In this document: in pieces, positions 17,314 to 26,125 of the stretch
Position numbering within the stretch: position 1 is the stretch's first letter
How the letters are laid out: every line of letters begins with the position of its first letter
Position numbers and translations under genes: made by a program
Assembly (NCBI GenBank): GCA_963828465.1
Contig: CAWHEU010000013.1
Span: 52,889 to 116,888, forward strand
Length of the DNA: 64,000 nucleotides
Source of the DNA: an uncultured Acidobacteriota bacterium
Lineage (GTDB): Bacteria; Actinomycetota; Acidimicrobiia; Spongiisociales; ZC4RG35
Reading direction: 5' to 3'
The notes under the pieces: model-generated
Databases searched by the model: none
Told to the model about the DNA's origin: nothing
What the model saw: the letters and a program-made list of their open reading frames with translations, nothing else

Positions 17314-18189
17314 ATGGGCGAGATCGTCGGTGCCGGCCTGATCAGCCATGCCCCCACCATCATGTTCGATGAGGCAACCCGGCTGGAGATCAACGACGGC
17401 AAGGAGATCAGCCTGGTCCCCGGTCTGGTCCGTCTTCGCGACGAGGTGTTCGACCGACTCCAGCCGGACACGATCGTGATCATCGACTCGCACTGGCTCT
17501 CCACTGTCGAGCACCTCCTCTCCGCCCACGCCCGGCGGCAGGGCACATTCACCTCATCCGAGTTGCCGAGGGGCATGGCCCAGATCCCCTACGACTATCC
17601 CGGCGACCCCGAGCTGGCCATCCTCGCCGCGACTCTGGGTGAGGAGTTGGGGACCCCGACCCACGCCTCCGTAGACGACCACCTTCCCGTCTATTACGCC
17701 ACGATCAACCTCCTCCACTACCTGAGAAACGACGAGAACGTCGTTTCCGTGTCGGTGGTCCAGACCGGCGAGACGGATGATTTCATGACCATGGGTGAGG
17801 CGATCGGTGAGGCGATCGCGAGACTCGATCGGAGAGCGGTGGTGCTGGCGTCAGGCGGGATGAGCCACACCTTCTGGCCCCTGAAGCAGATCGCGAAGCA
17901 CGAAGCGTCGGATCCGGTTCACATCATCACCCCCGAGGCGCGGGCCGCCGACGAGGAGAGGCTGGAGTGGATGCGGGCCGGTGATCACGCCCGGATCGTC
18001 GACACCATGGGCGAGTACTTCGCTCATTCCCCGGAAGGCGCCTTCGGCCATTACCTGATGATGCTCGGCGCCATCGGGGGGCGTGACTGCACGGCACCCG
18101 GGGAGTTCTTCTCTGACTACGAGAACGCCACCGGCACGGGTCAGGTCCATGTCTGGTTCGACCGCCCAGCGGGCGGCTGGGTGAGCTGA
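17314..18189 (+). CDS. LigB-family extradiol dioxygenase, 3,4-dihydroxyphenylacetate 2,3-dioxygenase-like (HpaD-like)
   Basis: MGEIVGAGLISHAP, DSHW, FTSSELP, YPGDPELA, LASGGMSH, GTGQVHVWF. Confidence 0.82.
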   Translation: MGEIVGAGLISHAPTIMFDEATRLEINDGKEISLVPGLVRLRDEVFDRLQPDTIVIIDSHWLSTVEHLLSAHARRQGTFTSSELPRGMAQIPYDYPGDPELAILAATLGEELGTPTHASVDDHLPVYYATINLLHYLRNDENVVSVSVVQTGETDDFMTMGEAIGEAIARLDRRAVVLASGGMSHTFWPLKQIAKHEASDPVHIITPEARAADEERLEWMRAGDHARIVDTMGEYFAHSPEGAFGHYLMMLGAIGGRDCTAPGEFFSDYENATGTGQVHVWFDRPAGGWVS

Positions 18190-18202
18190 CAACGGAACCG
18201 GG

Positions 18203-19741
18203 TTGGCGTGTGCCAGAATCCTGGAAATCGTGGACGAGCCCACACGAGACGATCTGGCAGGTGACCTGGAATATCTCGCGGCGTCCCTCGAGACGCTCCC
18301 GATTGCCGTTATCCCCGAGAATGGCGGGCTGATCGCCAGACGCGAATGGATCATCCGCACCATCCGCGATTACCTCCTCCCGCGGATGGGCGAACAGACC
18401 GCTCCTCTGATCGTGGTCTTCGCCGGGCCTACCGGTGCCGGCAAGTCGACACTCCTCAACTCGGTGACAGGGGCCGCCCACACGTTGGCCGGTCCGCTTC
18501 GACCGACCACCAAGGACCCGTTGGTCTTGTCGTCGGAGAAAAGGGCGGGCGAGTATGGGCACATCGGCGGTGTCGCCTGCGACGTGGTGACAGGGCGCGC
18601 TCCGATCCTCGAGGAGTTGATCCTCGTCGACACGCCGGACATCGACTCGACGGCGGTGGAGCATCGGGCCATGGCCGAGACCATGATCGACAACGCCGAC
18701 ATAGTGGTCTACGTGAGCTCCGCCCTTCGGTACGCCGACCTGGTGCCATGGGAGGTGCTCCGCAGAGCCCACTCGAGAGGGGTCCCCGTGATCCAGGTCA
18801 TGAACCGGATAAGGGGGTCGTCCGGGGGCGCCCTCGCCGACTACACATCGAGACTCGAGAACGAAGGGCTGGCGTCGGACATCGTCGCAGTCCATGAGCA
18901 TCACATCCGCCCAGGGGCGCAGACGATCCCACCTGCTGCCGTCCAGGACCTACGAGACCGGCTGGTATCAGTCGTCGAAGCCCGGCGGGCGGGCGCAGCA
19001 GACGTGGTCCGATCGGTCTTCGACACCACTATCGAGCAAACCCGTCATGTCATCGACGATGCCACGGCTTTGCTCGACGTGACCGGCTTCGCGACATCTC
19101 ACGTGAAGAACTTGCTCGACGTGGATCTGGGACGGATCGGGGTCCGCCGTGAGAATGTGAAGGGGGCCGGGCTCGACCTGCGCCCGCTGGCCGACCTCGG
19201 TGGCCGTCGTTTTCACACCAAGGGCATGATCCGTCGACGCTTGCCGTCGTCTGTCGAAGTCGCCCGCAGTCTGACCCTGTTCGACGAATCGGTGATCGCT
19301 GCCGTGGACGCCGACATACGCCGCCAACTCCATGCCGGTGGCCTCATCCATGGTGAGGAGCGAAAGCAAGTCCTATCAGACACTCACCTCGCCACGCGCA
19401 CGGCCGTGACCAGGTGGAGGAGCGAGATCGGAGCTCTCCCCGCCGTGGAATCCTCAAATGACCCTCCGCTGGTGTCCTTGATATTGGGGGGTTGCTGCTT
19501 CGACATGCCGGATGGGCGTCTCGAGGAAGTGGTCAGGCTCGTGGCCCCGGCGATCGACCTGTCCGAATTTGCCCCCGATGTCGCGGCACGGCTCGTCGAC
19601 CGTCTCATCCCCGTCTATGCCGGCGCCGAGCACCGCGTCGTTTCCCGGATGACTCTTGCCGCCCTGTCGCGGCGTTCCATCGATCAAGTCAAGGCATCGC
19701 GGTGGGCAGTGATCGCGAGGTCGTCTTTCGCCAATGCATGA
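18203..19741 (+). CDS. P-loop GTPase (MMR_HSR1/dynamin-like), first of a tandem pair; start may be GTG 18230
   Basis: GPTGAGKSTLLN, LRPTT, LVDTPDID, RYAD, NR; helical C-terminal region. Confidence 0.8.
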   Translation: MACARILEIVDEPTRDDLAGDLEYLAASLETLPIAVIPENGGLIARREWIIRTIRDYLLPRMGEQTAPLIVVFAGPTGAGKSTLLNSVTGAAHTLAGPLRPTTKDPLVLSSEKRAGEYGHIGGVACDVVTGRAPILEELILVDTPDIDSTAVEHRAMAETMIDNADIVVYVSSALRYADLVPWEVLRRAHSRGVPVIQVMNRIRGSSGGALADYTSRLENEGLASDIVAVHEHHIRPGAQTIPPAAVQDLRDRLVSVVEARRAGAADVVRSVFDTTIEQTRHVIDDATALLDVTGFATSHVKNLLDVDLGRIGVRRENVKGAGLDLRPLADLGGRRFHTKGMIRRRLPSSVEVARSLTLFDESVIAAVDADIRRQLHAGGLIHGEERKQVLSDTHLATRTAVTRWRSEIGALPAVESSNDPPLVSLILGGCCFDMPDGRLEEVVRLVAPAIDLSEFAPDVAARLVDRLIPVYAGAEHRVVSRMTLAALSRRSIDQVKASRWAVIARSSFANA

Positions 19742-20954
19742 TGCGCTTGTTGGCCTTCTCGACAAGGTCGACACGGCTGTGGCGGAGTCGGCCGGGGCTC
19801 TAGATCGAACCGAAGTGGAGTCGGTGGCCGTGCTTGCCCGCGCCACGAGGGTCAGGTTGGCCTATCCCGACTCCATCGTGGTGGTCGCACTCGCAGGCGG
19901 CACCGGGTCCGGCAAGTCGAGCCTCGCAAACGCGATCGCTGGCGAAGAGGTTGCGCTAACCGGTGGTATCCGCCCGGTGACATCCGAACCACTGGCACTG
20001 GTGCCTGCCGATGGAGCCGAGGCACTCGATGGGTTTCTGGACGAACTCGGGATCTCCGACCGTGTTGGGCACGACGGCCCATCGTGGCTGTGCCTGATAG
20101 ATCTCCCGGACAACGACAGCGTGGAATTGGATCATCGCCACCGAGTCGATGCCCTCCTTCCGCGGGTCGACATGGTGGCGTGGGTCACCGATCCCGAGAA
20201 ATACCGGGACGCAGTGCTCCATCACCAATACATCTCGGTGATGTCTCGCTACCAGGAGCAATTCGTCTTCGTCCTCAACCAGATCGACCGTCTCGACCCT
20301 GAGGACGTCGGGGTCGTCGTCGGCGACCTCGGCAAGGCACTGCGCGAGGACGGGATCGTCGAGCCAAAGGTCATTGCCACCGCGGCCAGCCCGGTGGCGG
20401 GGCCCCCCTACGGGGTGGATCTGCTGATCGACTCGCTGGAGGCGGCGCTGGATCGTCGTCTGGCCGTGAGTCGCAAGGCGCTCGCCGACCTCGCCAGCGC
20501 CTCGTCGAGGTTGGTGGCATCGTCTTCGATGGCCCATGCCGTCGACTTCGAGAGTCAGTGGGCTGACCAGGTGGGATCCGCGTGCGATCTTGCGCTCGCC
20601 GGCAGGGCGGCAGGCGGCGGGCACGAGCTCGCGGAGTATGTGGCCCATCTAGCCACCGAGATGGGTGGTGAGACCGAGCATCGTCTGCAGGACCTCGCAA
20701 TCGATACCCATGCTGCCTTCCTCAGATGCGTCGCCTCCCAGGGCTCGACCACCGAGCCCGGGAGGTCATGGCTGAGACGGAGACGTAGCGACACTCATGC
20801 AGACGGGGGTATGGACCGTGAGGATCTGATTGCCAGGGTCGACTTGGAGATTGGAGGGCCTATCCGTGATCTCCTGGTGCAGAGGGGCCGGGCCCATGCC
20901 GCGATCACCGATCTCGCGTTGGCGCTGGGAGATCTAGAGCGGAGAACCGGCTAA
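19734..20954 (+). CDS. P-loop GTPase (MMR_HSR1/dynamin-like), second of the pair
   Basis: GGTGSGKSSL, IRPVT, IDLPDND, DPEKYRD, NQID. Confidence 0.82.
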   Translation: MHDALVGLLDKVDTAVAESAGALDRTEVESVAVLARATRVRLAYPDSIVVVALAGGTGSGKSSLANAIAGEEVALTGGIRPVTSEPLALVPADGAEALDGFLDELGISDRVGHDGPSWLCLIDLPDNDSVELDHRHRVDALLPRVDMVAWVTDPEKYRDAVLHHQYISVMSRYQEQFVFVLNQIDRLDPEDVGVVVGDLGKALREDGIVEPKVIATAASPVAGPPYGVDLLIDSLEAALDRRLAVSRKALADLASASSRLVASSSMAHAVDFESQWADQVGSACDLALAGRAAGGGHELAEYVAHLATEMGGETEHRLQDLAIDTHAAFLRCVASQGSTTEPGRSWLRRRRSDTHADGGMDREDLIARVDLEIGGPIRDLLVQRGRAHAAITDLALALGDLERRTG

Positions 20955-20969
20955 CTAGCCTCGCCCCGG

Positions 20970-21746
20970 ATGAACGCGACCGCTGCGAACCCTCCGCTCG
21001 TCACCGCGATCATCGTCATATCAGGCGTCATCCTCTATCTGATCCTGGCCGCCGCCGGCGCCCGATTCGTGGAGCGAGTACGGCAGCGGACCCCTGGATC
21101 GGCTGCCCGCGTGGCCACTCTCTGGGTGATGGTGAGGCGCGTCATCCTCATCGTGATCGTCGTCCTGGTCATCCTCATAGTGGTCGACATCTGGGGCCTG
21201 AACATGGCTCCGTTCCTCGCTGTGAGCACCGCCATCGCCGCCGCACTCGGGTTCGGCGCCCAGAACCTGGTCAGGGATGTGATCGCCGGCTTCTTCATCC
21301 TCGCCGAGGACCAGTACCGCATCGGAGACACGGTGACCATCGCCGCCACGACCGGCAAGGTCGAGGACATCCAGTTCCGTGTGACCGTGCTTCGTGACGG
21401 CGAGGGCAATGTCCACTACGTCCCGAACGGACAGATCACGGTCTCATCCAACCTCACCAGTCTCTACGCATCGCCGTCGATCGATCTGAGGGTCGGTTAC
21501 CAGGCCGATGTCGACCGGGCGATGGAGGTGATGCTCGACGAGTTGACGCGCATGTCTGCTGATCCCAGCTGGTCGGACATGATCACCAAGGAGCCGCAGA
21601 TGCTCGGAGTGCAGGACTTGGTGGGTTCTGGCGTGCTGATCCGGGCCCGGCTCACAACAGTGGCCGAGCAACGCTGGTCCGTGCAACGGGAGGCTTTGCG
21701 CCGGTTGAAGAACCGGTTCGCGGACGAGGAAATCGAAATCCTCTGA
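20970..21746 (+). CDS. Small-conductance mechanosensitive channel (MscS/YbiO-like)
   Basis: LGFGAQNLVRDVIAGFFIL.EDQYRIGD, G.VE.I, HYVPNG. Confidence 0.93.
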   Translation: MNATAANPPLVTAIIVISGVILYLILAAAGARFVERVRQRTPGSAARVATLWVMVRRVILIVIVVLVILIVVDIWGLNMAPFLAVSTAIAAALGFGAQNLVRDVIAGFFILAEDQYRIGDTVTIAATTGKVEDIQFRVTVLRDGEGNVHYVPNGQITVSSNLTSLYASPSIDLRVGYQADVDRAMEVMLDELTRMSADPSWSDMITKEPQMLGVQDLVGSGVLIRARLTTVAEQRWSVQREALRRLKNRFADEEIEIL

Positions 21747-21751
21747 ACCTT

Positions 21752-21798
21752 CCCCCTCCCCGCCTACCGGCGGTACTCCCCCCTTCAGGGGGAGAAAT
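21752..21798 (+). repeat. Double-hairpin REP-like repeat, solo copy (R2) between convergent genes
   Basis: CCCCCTCC-CCGCC(tacc)GGCGG-TACTCCCCCC(ttca)GGGGGAG-AAAT; matches the reverse complement of 48524-48570. Confidence 0.88.
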
Positions 21799-21799
21799 T

Positions 21800-22738
21800 T
21801 CAGTCGTCGATGGGTCTCGGCCCGGCGACGATCCGGAGCGAGCCCGGGACCCACTCCACGATCCCGCCGTCGACGAGGCCCAGAGACTCGCCGTCGGCCT
21901 GGACGGCCACTGGGGGGTCGGCGGTGACCTCTATCCGCTTGACGTGGGGGACGACGTTCATCTCGGGGACTGTGCCGAGCTCACCGTTGCGGAGCAGCTT
22001 GGTGACGATGCCCGGGATGCGGCGGCGCCGCAGCCGGCTGATCATGAGCAGGGTCATCGGGTCGGGCCGATCCGGCGACACCCGGAGCGGGATGGCCCCG
22101 AAGTAGGTGTAGACCTGGCGGAACTGCAGGAGGGCGGCGATGCCCATCTCCTCCCTGTCGCCGTGCGTCACCCGAACGTGGGGCTTGCGGCGCGGGAAAT
22201 CCTTGAAGGCGACGCCCAGGGTCGTGCGGGCATAGTGCAGCGACCCGAATCGATATTTCCGGTAAGGATCCTTCTCCGCCTCGAGCACGACCGCGGCATC
22301 CAATCCGAAACCACAGGCAAAGACGGCGTGGTGCGTGGTCTCGACCGAGCCACGGCTGAGGATCATCCGTGCCGTCCCCATCGTCAGGGGCGGCTCCTCG
22401 CCTTCGACGATCAGACGGGCAGCTTTGACCGGCTTGGTCGGGACTCCCAACAATCGGGCTATGACATTCGTCGTCCCGACCGGGATGATGCCGAGGGCGG
22501 CATCGGTCTCGATCAGGCCCTGCGCGACATGATGGACGATGCCATCGCCGCCCATCGCGACGACGACGCGGGCACCGTTCTCGACTGCTTGTGCCGTCTT
22601 GATCTCGGCGTCGGCCGGGGTTTCGGGCCAAACGGACTCGACTTCCGCGACCCGACCAAGTACCGACATCACCGTCCGGTGGGCGCCACCTGTGAATTGG
22701 GACGCCGAGGGATTGGCCACGACCACGATGCGGTCCAT
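21800..22738 (-). CDS. Diacylglycerol kinase (YegS/DgkB) family protein
   Basis: VANPSA, GGDGIV, IPVGTTNVIAR, G.G.DA, VQADGE. Confidence 0.9.
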   Translation of the reverse strand: MDRIVVVANPSASQFTGGAHRTVMSVLGRVAEVESVWPETPADAEIKTAQAVENGARVVVAMGGDGIVHHVAQGLIETDAALGIIPVGTTNVIARLLGVPTKPVKAARLIVEGEEPPLTMGTARMILSRGSVETTHHAVFACGFGLDAAVVLEAEKDPYRKYRFGSLHYARTTLGVAFKDFPRRKPHVRVTHGDREEMGIAALLQFRQVYTYFGAIPLRVSPDRPDPMTLLMISRLRRRRIPGIVTKLLRNGELGTVPEMNVVPHVKRIEVTADPPVAVQADGESLGLVDGGIVEWVPGSLRIVAGPRPIDD

Positions 22739-22789
22739 TGACGAGGGAGCCTACAACCGATGGTCTTGCGTTCGTTACCCTCCCGCACC

Positions 22790-23752
22790 GTGACGGACTC
22801 GGGACCGAGGTTTTCGCTGGTGTCGGGCGAGGGTGATGGGGCAATGCTGGGGCTGGCCGCCGGCGACACCGCTGGGGGGCTCTGGGAGTTGGGGTACAGC
22901 GCAATCACCGAGCAGGCGACCGTGATCGCCTATCAACTGATCGAGAGTGACACGCTGGATCTCGATGCTGTGGTCACCGCTCTGAGAGAGCTGGACGGGT
23001 CGGACGAGGAAGAGCCGGTATATCGGGCCGAGAGCCCTCAATTCCGCGCATGGCTCGATCGGGCCGCCGCCGGACGGCCGGTGCCCGAGGAGGATCCGTC
23101 CCTCGACGCCGCGTCCAGGGCGGTCCCGCTCGGCGTCACGCATCGACGGCACCCGGATCGTCTCCGCGAGCAGGCACTTTCGTTGGGCAGGCTGTTCCAC
23201 GACGATCCGCAGTCGATCCTCAGCGGTGTGGTGGCGGCCGGAGCCGTTGCAGCCTCTTGTTTCGGACAGTCGGGGCGGGATCTCATCACCGGGATCATCG
23301 AGATCGCCGAGCCGGCCGCGGCCACCCTGGAGCCCGACCCCGTTTCGGGCGCAGAACCCGGTGACCTGGTCGAGGGGTTGCGGAGGATTGCCGGGCATGT
23401 GGGCGTGCGCGATGGTGACGAGGCGCTGGCAGTCGTCAGCAATGGAGATGATCCTGCCCCTTGGGACCTGGTGAGGGCAGGTCTGCTTCTCTCGGCTCCG
23501 GTGGTGGACCGCTCGCATCTCCCCGTGGGGCAGGCGGCGAGGCTCGCAGGTAGCCCGCTGGCCGCCATGGTCGGCGGGATAGTCGGGGCCCGGGTGGGGA
23601 TTCGTGCCTGGCCCTGGGCCTTTGCCAATGACACCTGGTTCGCCGAGATCGGAAGGAGATTGGTGAGGGGGCCCAACGAGACCCGGGATCTGCCAATCCC
23701 CTACGCCGTGGAGCACCACCTCATATCAGGGGAGCGTCAGGGGCTGTATTGA
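22790..23752 (+). CDS. ADP-ribosylglycohydrolase-fold protein with degenerate active site
   Basis: GAMLGLAAGD..G, RAVPLG, FH.DP, AAMVGGIVGA; TDD and DxDT motifs absent; TACCCT 8 nt before GTG 22790. Confidence 0.65.
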   Translation: MTDSGPRFSLVSGEGDGAMLGLAAGDTAGGLWELGYSAITEQATVIAYQLIESDTLDLDAVVTALRELDGSDEEEPVYRAESPQFRAWLDRAAAGRPVPEEDPSLDAASRAVPLGVTHRRHPDRLREQALSLGRLFHDDPQSILSGVVAAGAVAASCFGQSGRDLITGIIEIAEPAAATLEPDPVSGAEPGDLVEGLRRIAGHVGVRDGDEALAVVSNGDDPAPWDLVRAGLLLSAPVVDRSHLPVGQAARLAGSPLAAMVGGIVGARVGIRAWPWAFANDTWFAEIGRRLVRGPNETRDLPIPYAVEHHLISGERQGLY

Positions 23753-25001
23753 CGATCGGTAGATCGGCCGTGTTCCAATCCCGCTCCGAGTCGTCGACCC
23801 GTCGCAACACCCACCATCCGATGCCGATGAAGCCGATCAGGGCGGCCATCGCCACGCGGCGCCCGAGTCCGATCACGTCCACGATCAACGCCCATGTCAA
23901 CGGTCCGAGAATGGTGGCGAACCGACCAACGGTTGCATACAGCCCATAGAACTCTCCGAGGTGGCGTGGTGGTGAGACCCGGGTCATGACCACGCGATCT
24001 GCGGTCCAGGTAGCTCCTAGAGCCATGCCTCCGAGTATCCCGATCGCCCAGGCCAGGCCGGTCTCACCGGTCACCGCGGCGGCGATCCCGGCGCCGATCG
24101 CCACCATCCACAACAGAAGCACGGCGCGTAACACGTGGATCGGCCCGAATCTCTCGACCAGGCCGCCGGCTGCGAACGCACCGACGATGGCGGCTGCGAT
24201 GGCGACGCCGAGCAACCTGGTCGTGAACTGGCCGTCGAGGCCCAACTCCTGAATGACGAAAATGGTGAGGAATCCGCCTATGAGGGTGTTGATGGCATCG
24301 GTGTAGAGGAATCGGCCGACCAGGAATCGGACCACGCCGTCGTAGGTGCCGGCCAGCCTCCATGAGGCGGCCAATTTTCGTCCGATGTCCCGCAGTGCCG
24401 GCAGCGGTGCGTCGTCGTGACCGCCTCGTTCGTCGATGAAGAAGAACGCGGGTAGTGCGAGGACCAGGAAGGCGAGGGCGAGCATCAGGAACGTGGCGGC
24501 GTACGACCAGCCGAGCACGTCGAGTGTCACCACGCCGATGCCGAGGCCGATGAACGAGCCGACATAGCCGACGCCAACGCCCAGCCCGGAGATGCGGCCC
24601 CGGTTCGCCGGCGTGCTGACATCGACGAGGAGGGCGTCGTAGACGACCGCGCCGACATTGAACGCGACGAGGGCCAGGCCGAGGAGGGCGAGCGAGAGGC
24701 TGGCAGAGCCCGATGCGAGGAGGGCGGTGGCGGCCACACAGACGATCGTTGTCTTCGCCAGGGTCGGCACCCTCGTGCCCCGGACGTCGCTTCGTGCCCC
24801 GGCCCACGGTGCCAGGAATATCACCAATGCCCCCGCACCGGCCTCGACCAGGGCGAGTGCACTGTCTGGTTCGCCGACAGAGATGAGCCATTCGGGGAAA
24901 TAGCGCCCGATGACACCGAGGGCGAAGATTGTGTTGGCCAGGTCGTACAAGACCCAGGACCAGACGGACAACCGGCCCGGGGCCTCCCCGCGACCGGTCA
25001 T
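23721..25001 (-). CDS. MFS transporter, UMF1/ATG22-like
   Basis: SWVLYDLANT, YDALL, GRISGLG...GY.GS, EFYGLY. Confidence 0.88.
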   Translation of the reverse strand: MTGRGEAPGRLSVWSWVLYDLANTIFALGVIGRYFPEWLISVGEPDSALALVEAGAGALVIFLAPWAGARSDVRGTRVPTLAKTTIVCVAATALLASGSASLSLALLGLALVAFNVGAVVYDALLVDVSTPANRGRISGLGVGVGYVGSFIGLGIGVVTLDVLGWSYAATFLMLALAFLVLALPAFFFIDERGGHDDAPLPALRDIGRKLAASWRLAGTYDGVVRFLVGRFLYTDAINTLIGGFLTIFVIQELGLDGQFTTRLLGVAIAAAIVGAFAAGGLVERFGPIHVLRAVLLLWMVAIGAGIAAAVTGETGLAWAIGILGGMALGATWTADRVVMTRVSPPRHLGEFYGLYATVGRFATILGPLTWALIVDVIGLGRRVAMAALIGFIGIGWWVLRRVDDSERDWNTADLPIVNTAPDAPLI

Positions 25002-25015
25002 GTCAGCCGATCATT

Positions 25016-26089
25016 TCAGAACGTGACGGCCACTGATATCAGTTCCTCACGCCCGAGCAACCCGGCTGCTGCCTGAAGCGCGCGGGATGACTCGGAGAGC
25101 GGGAACTGATGCGAGACGAGATCATCGATTCGGGGATCGGTTTCGATCTGGCGAGACGCCCACTGGTATCCGACCGTCGAGGCCCCCATGGCGCCTCTGA
25201 TCGTGAGTTGCTTGGCCACCAGGACGTCACTGATGAAATGGAAAGCCCGGTTGCCTTTGGTCGACGCCAGTATGACCCGTCCGCCACTGCGGACCAGGTC
25301 GAGTGCGGTGAAGAGTGCCTCCGGGTCGTCGGAGGTGACATCTACGACGATGTCCGGCCTCCGCCCGATCGCCTCGGCGATGGCGCCCCCCACGTCGTCC
25401 TTCTCAGCGTCAATGGCCAGGTCGGCCCCGAGGCGCTTGGCCAACTCGAGCCGGTCACGATCATGGGACAGCCCGGTGACGCCCACCCACCCGGCGCCGG
25501 CCGCCTTGGCGGCAATGAGGCAGGCCAGACCTCGGGGGCCCGGGCCGAGGATGAGGACGTTCTCACCGTTCTGGAGATTGGGCAGCTCTACCGCCCAGGT
25601 ATGGCCTGCCGCCAGAGGATGGACAAAGGTCCCGACTTCGGCTGGGACGTCGTCGGTCAGAGGATGCAGCCGGGCCGCCGGGTCGATGTAGAGGAACTCG
25701 GCAAGACCGCCCCAAAGGCCGGGAGGCTCGATCGAGGGGATGAAGCCATAGGAGTTGGAAGGTCGGCGGCGAACGCAGGTCGCCAGGTTGAGCTTGCATC
25801 GATGGCACTCCCCGCAGTGGATCCTGGGCTCGACCACGACCCGGGTCCCGACCGGGAACGGTATGGACGGCCCACCTCGGGCAATCCTCCCGACTACCTC
25901 GTGCCCGGGTATCAACGGGTACACGACGTCCTTGGCCTCGCCCTTCCACACCTGCACGTCTGCCCCGGAGATCCCGGTGGCCTCGACTGCGAGCCACCCC
26001 CCATCCAGGCCGGGTCTGGCCGGCAACTCGGTGAGCGAGAAGTGACGAGGCTCAACGAGCATCATGGCCCGCGCAGTCGTGCCTTCCAT
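25016..26089 (-). CDS. Zn-binding medium-chain dehydrogenase, catalytic Cys replaced
   Basis: GHE..G, CGECHRC...C, GPGPRG; GISGAD in place of GICGSD. Confidence 0.8.
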   Translation of the reverse strand: MEGTTARAMMLVEPRHFSLTELPARPGLDGGWLAVEATGISGADVQVWKGEAKDVVYPLIPGHEVVGRIARGGPSIPFPVGTRVVVEPRIHCGECHRCKLNLATCVRRRPSNSYGFIPSIEPPGLWGGLAEFLYIDPAARLHPLTDDVPAEVGTFVHPLAAGHTWAVELPNLQNGENVLILGPGPRGLACLIAAKAAGAGWVGVTGLSHDRDRLELAKRLGADLAIDAEKDDVGGAIAEAIGRRPDIVVDVTSDDPEALFTALDLVRSGGRVILASTKGNRAFHFISDVLVAKQLTIRGAMGASTVGYQWASRQIETDPRIDDLVSHQFPLSESSRALQAAAGLLGREELISVAVTF

Positions 26090-26125
26090 CGCCGGCGAGT
26101 GTAAACCCGGTTCAGATGACGCCTG

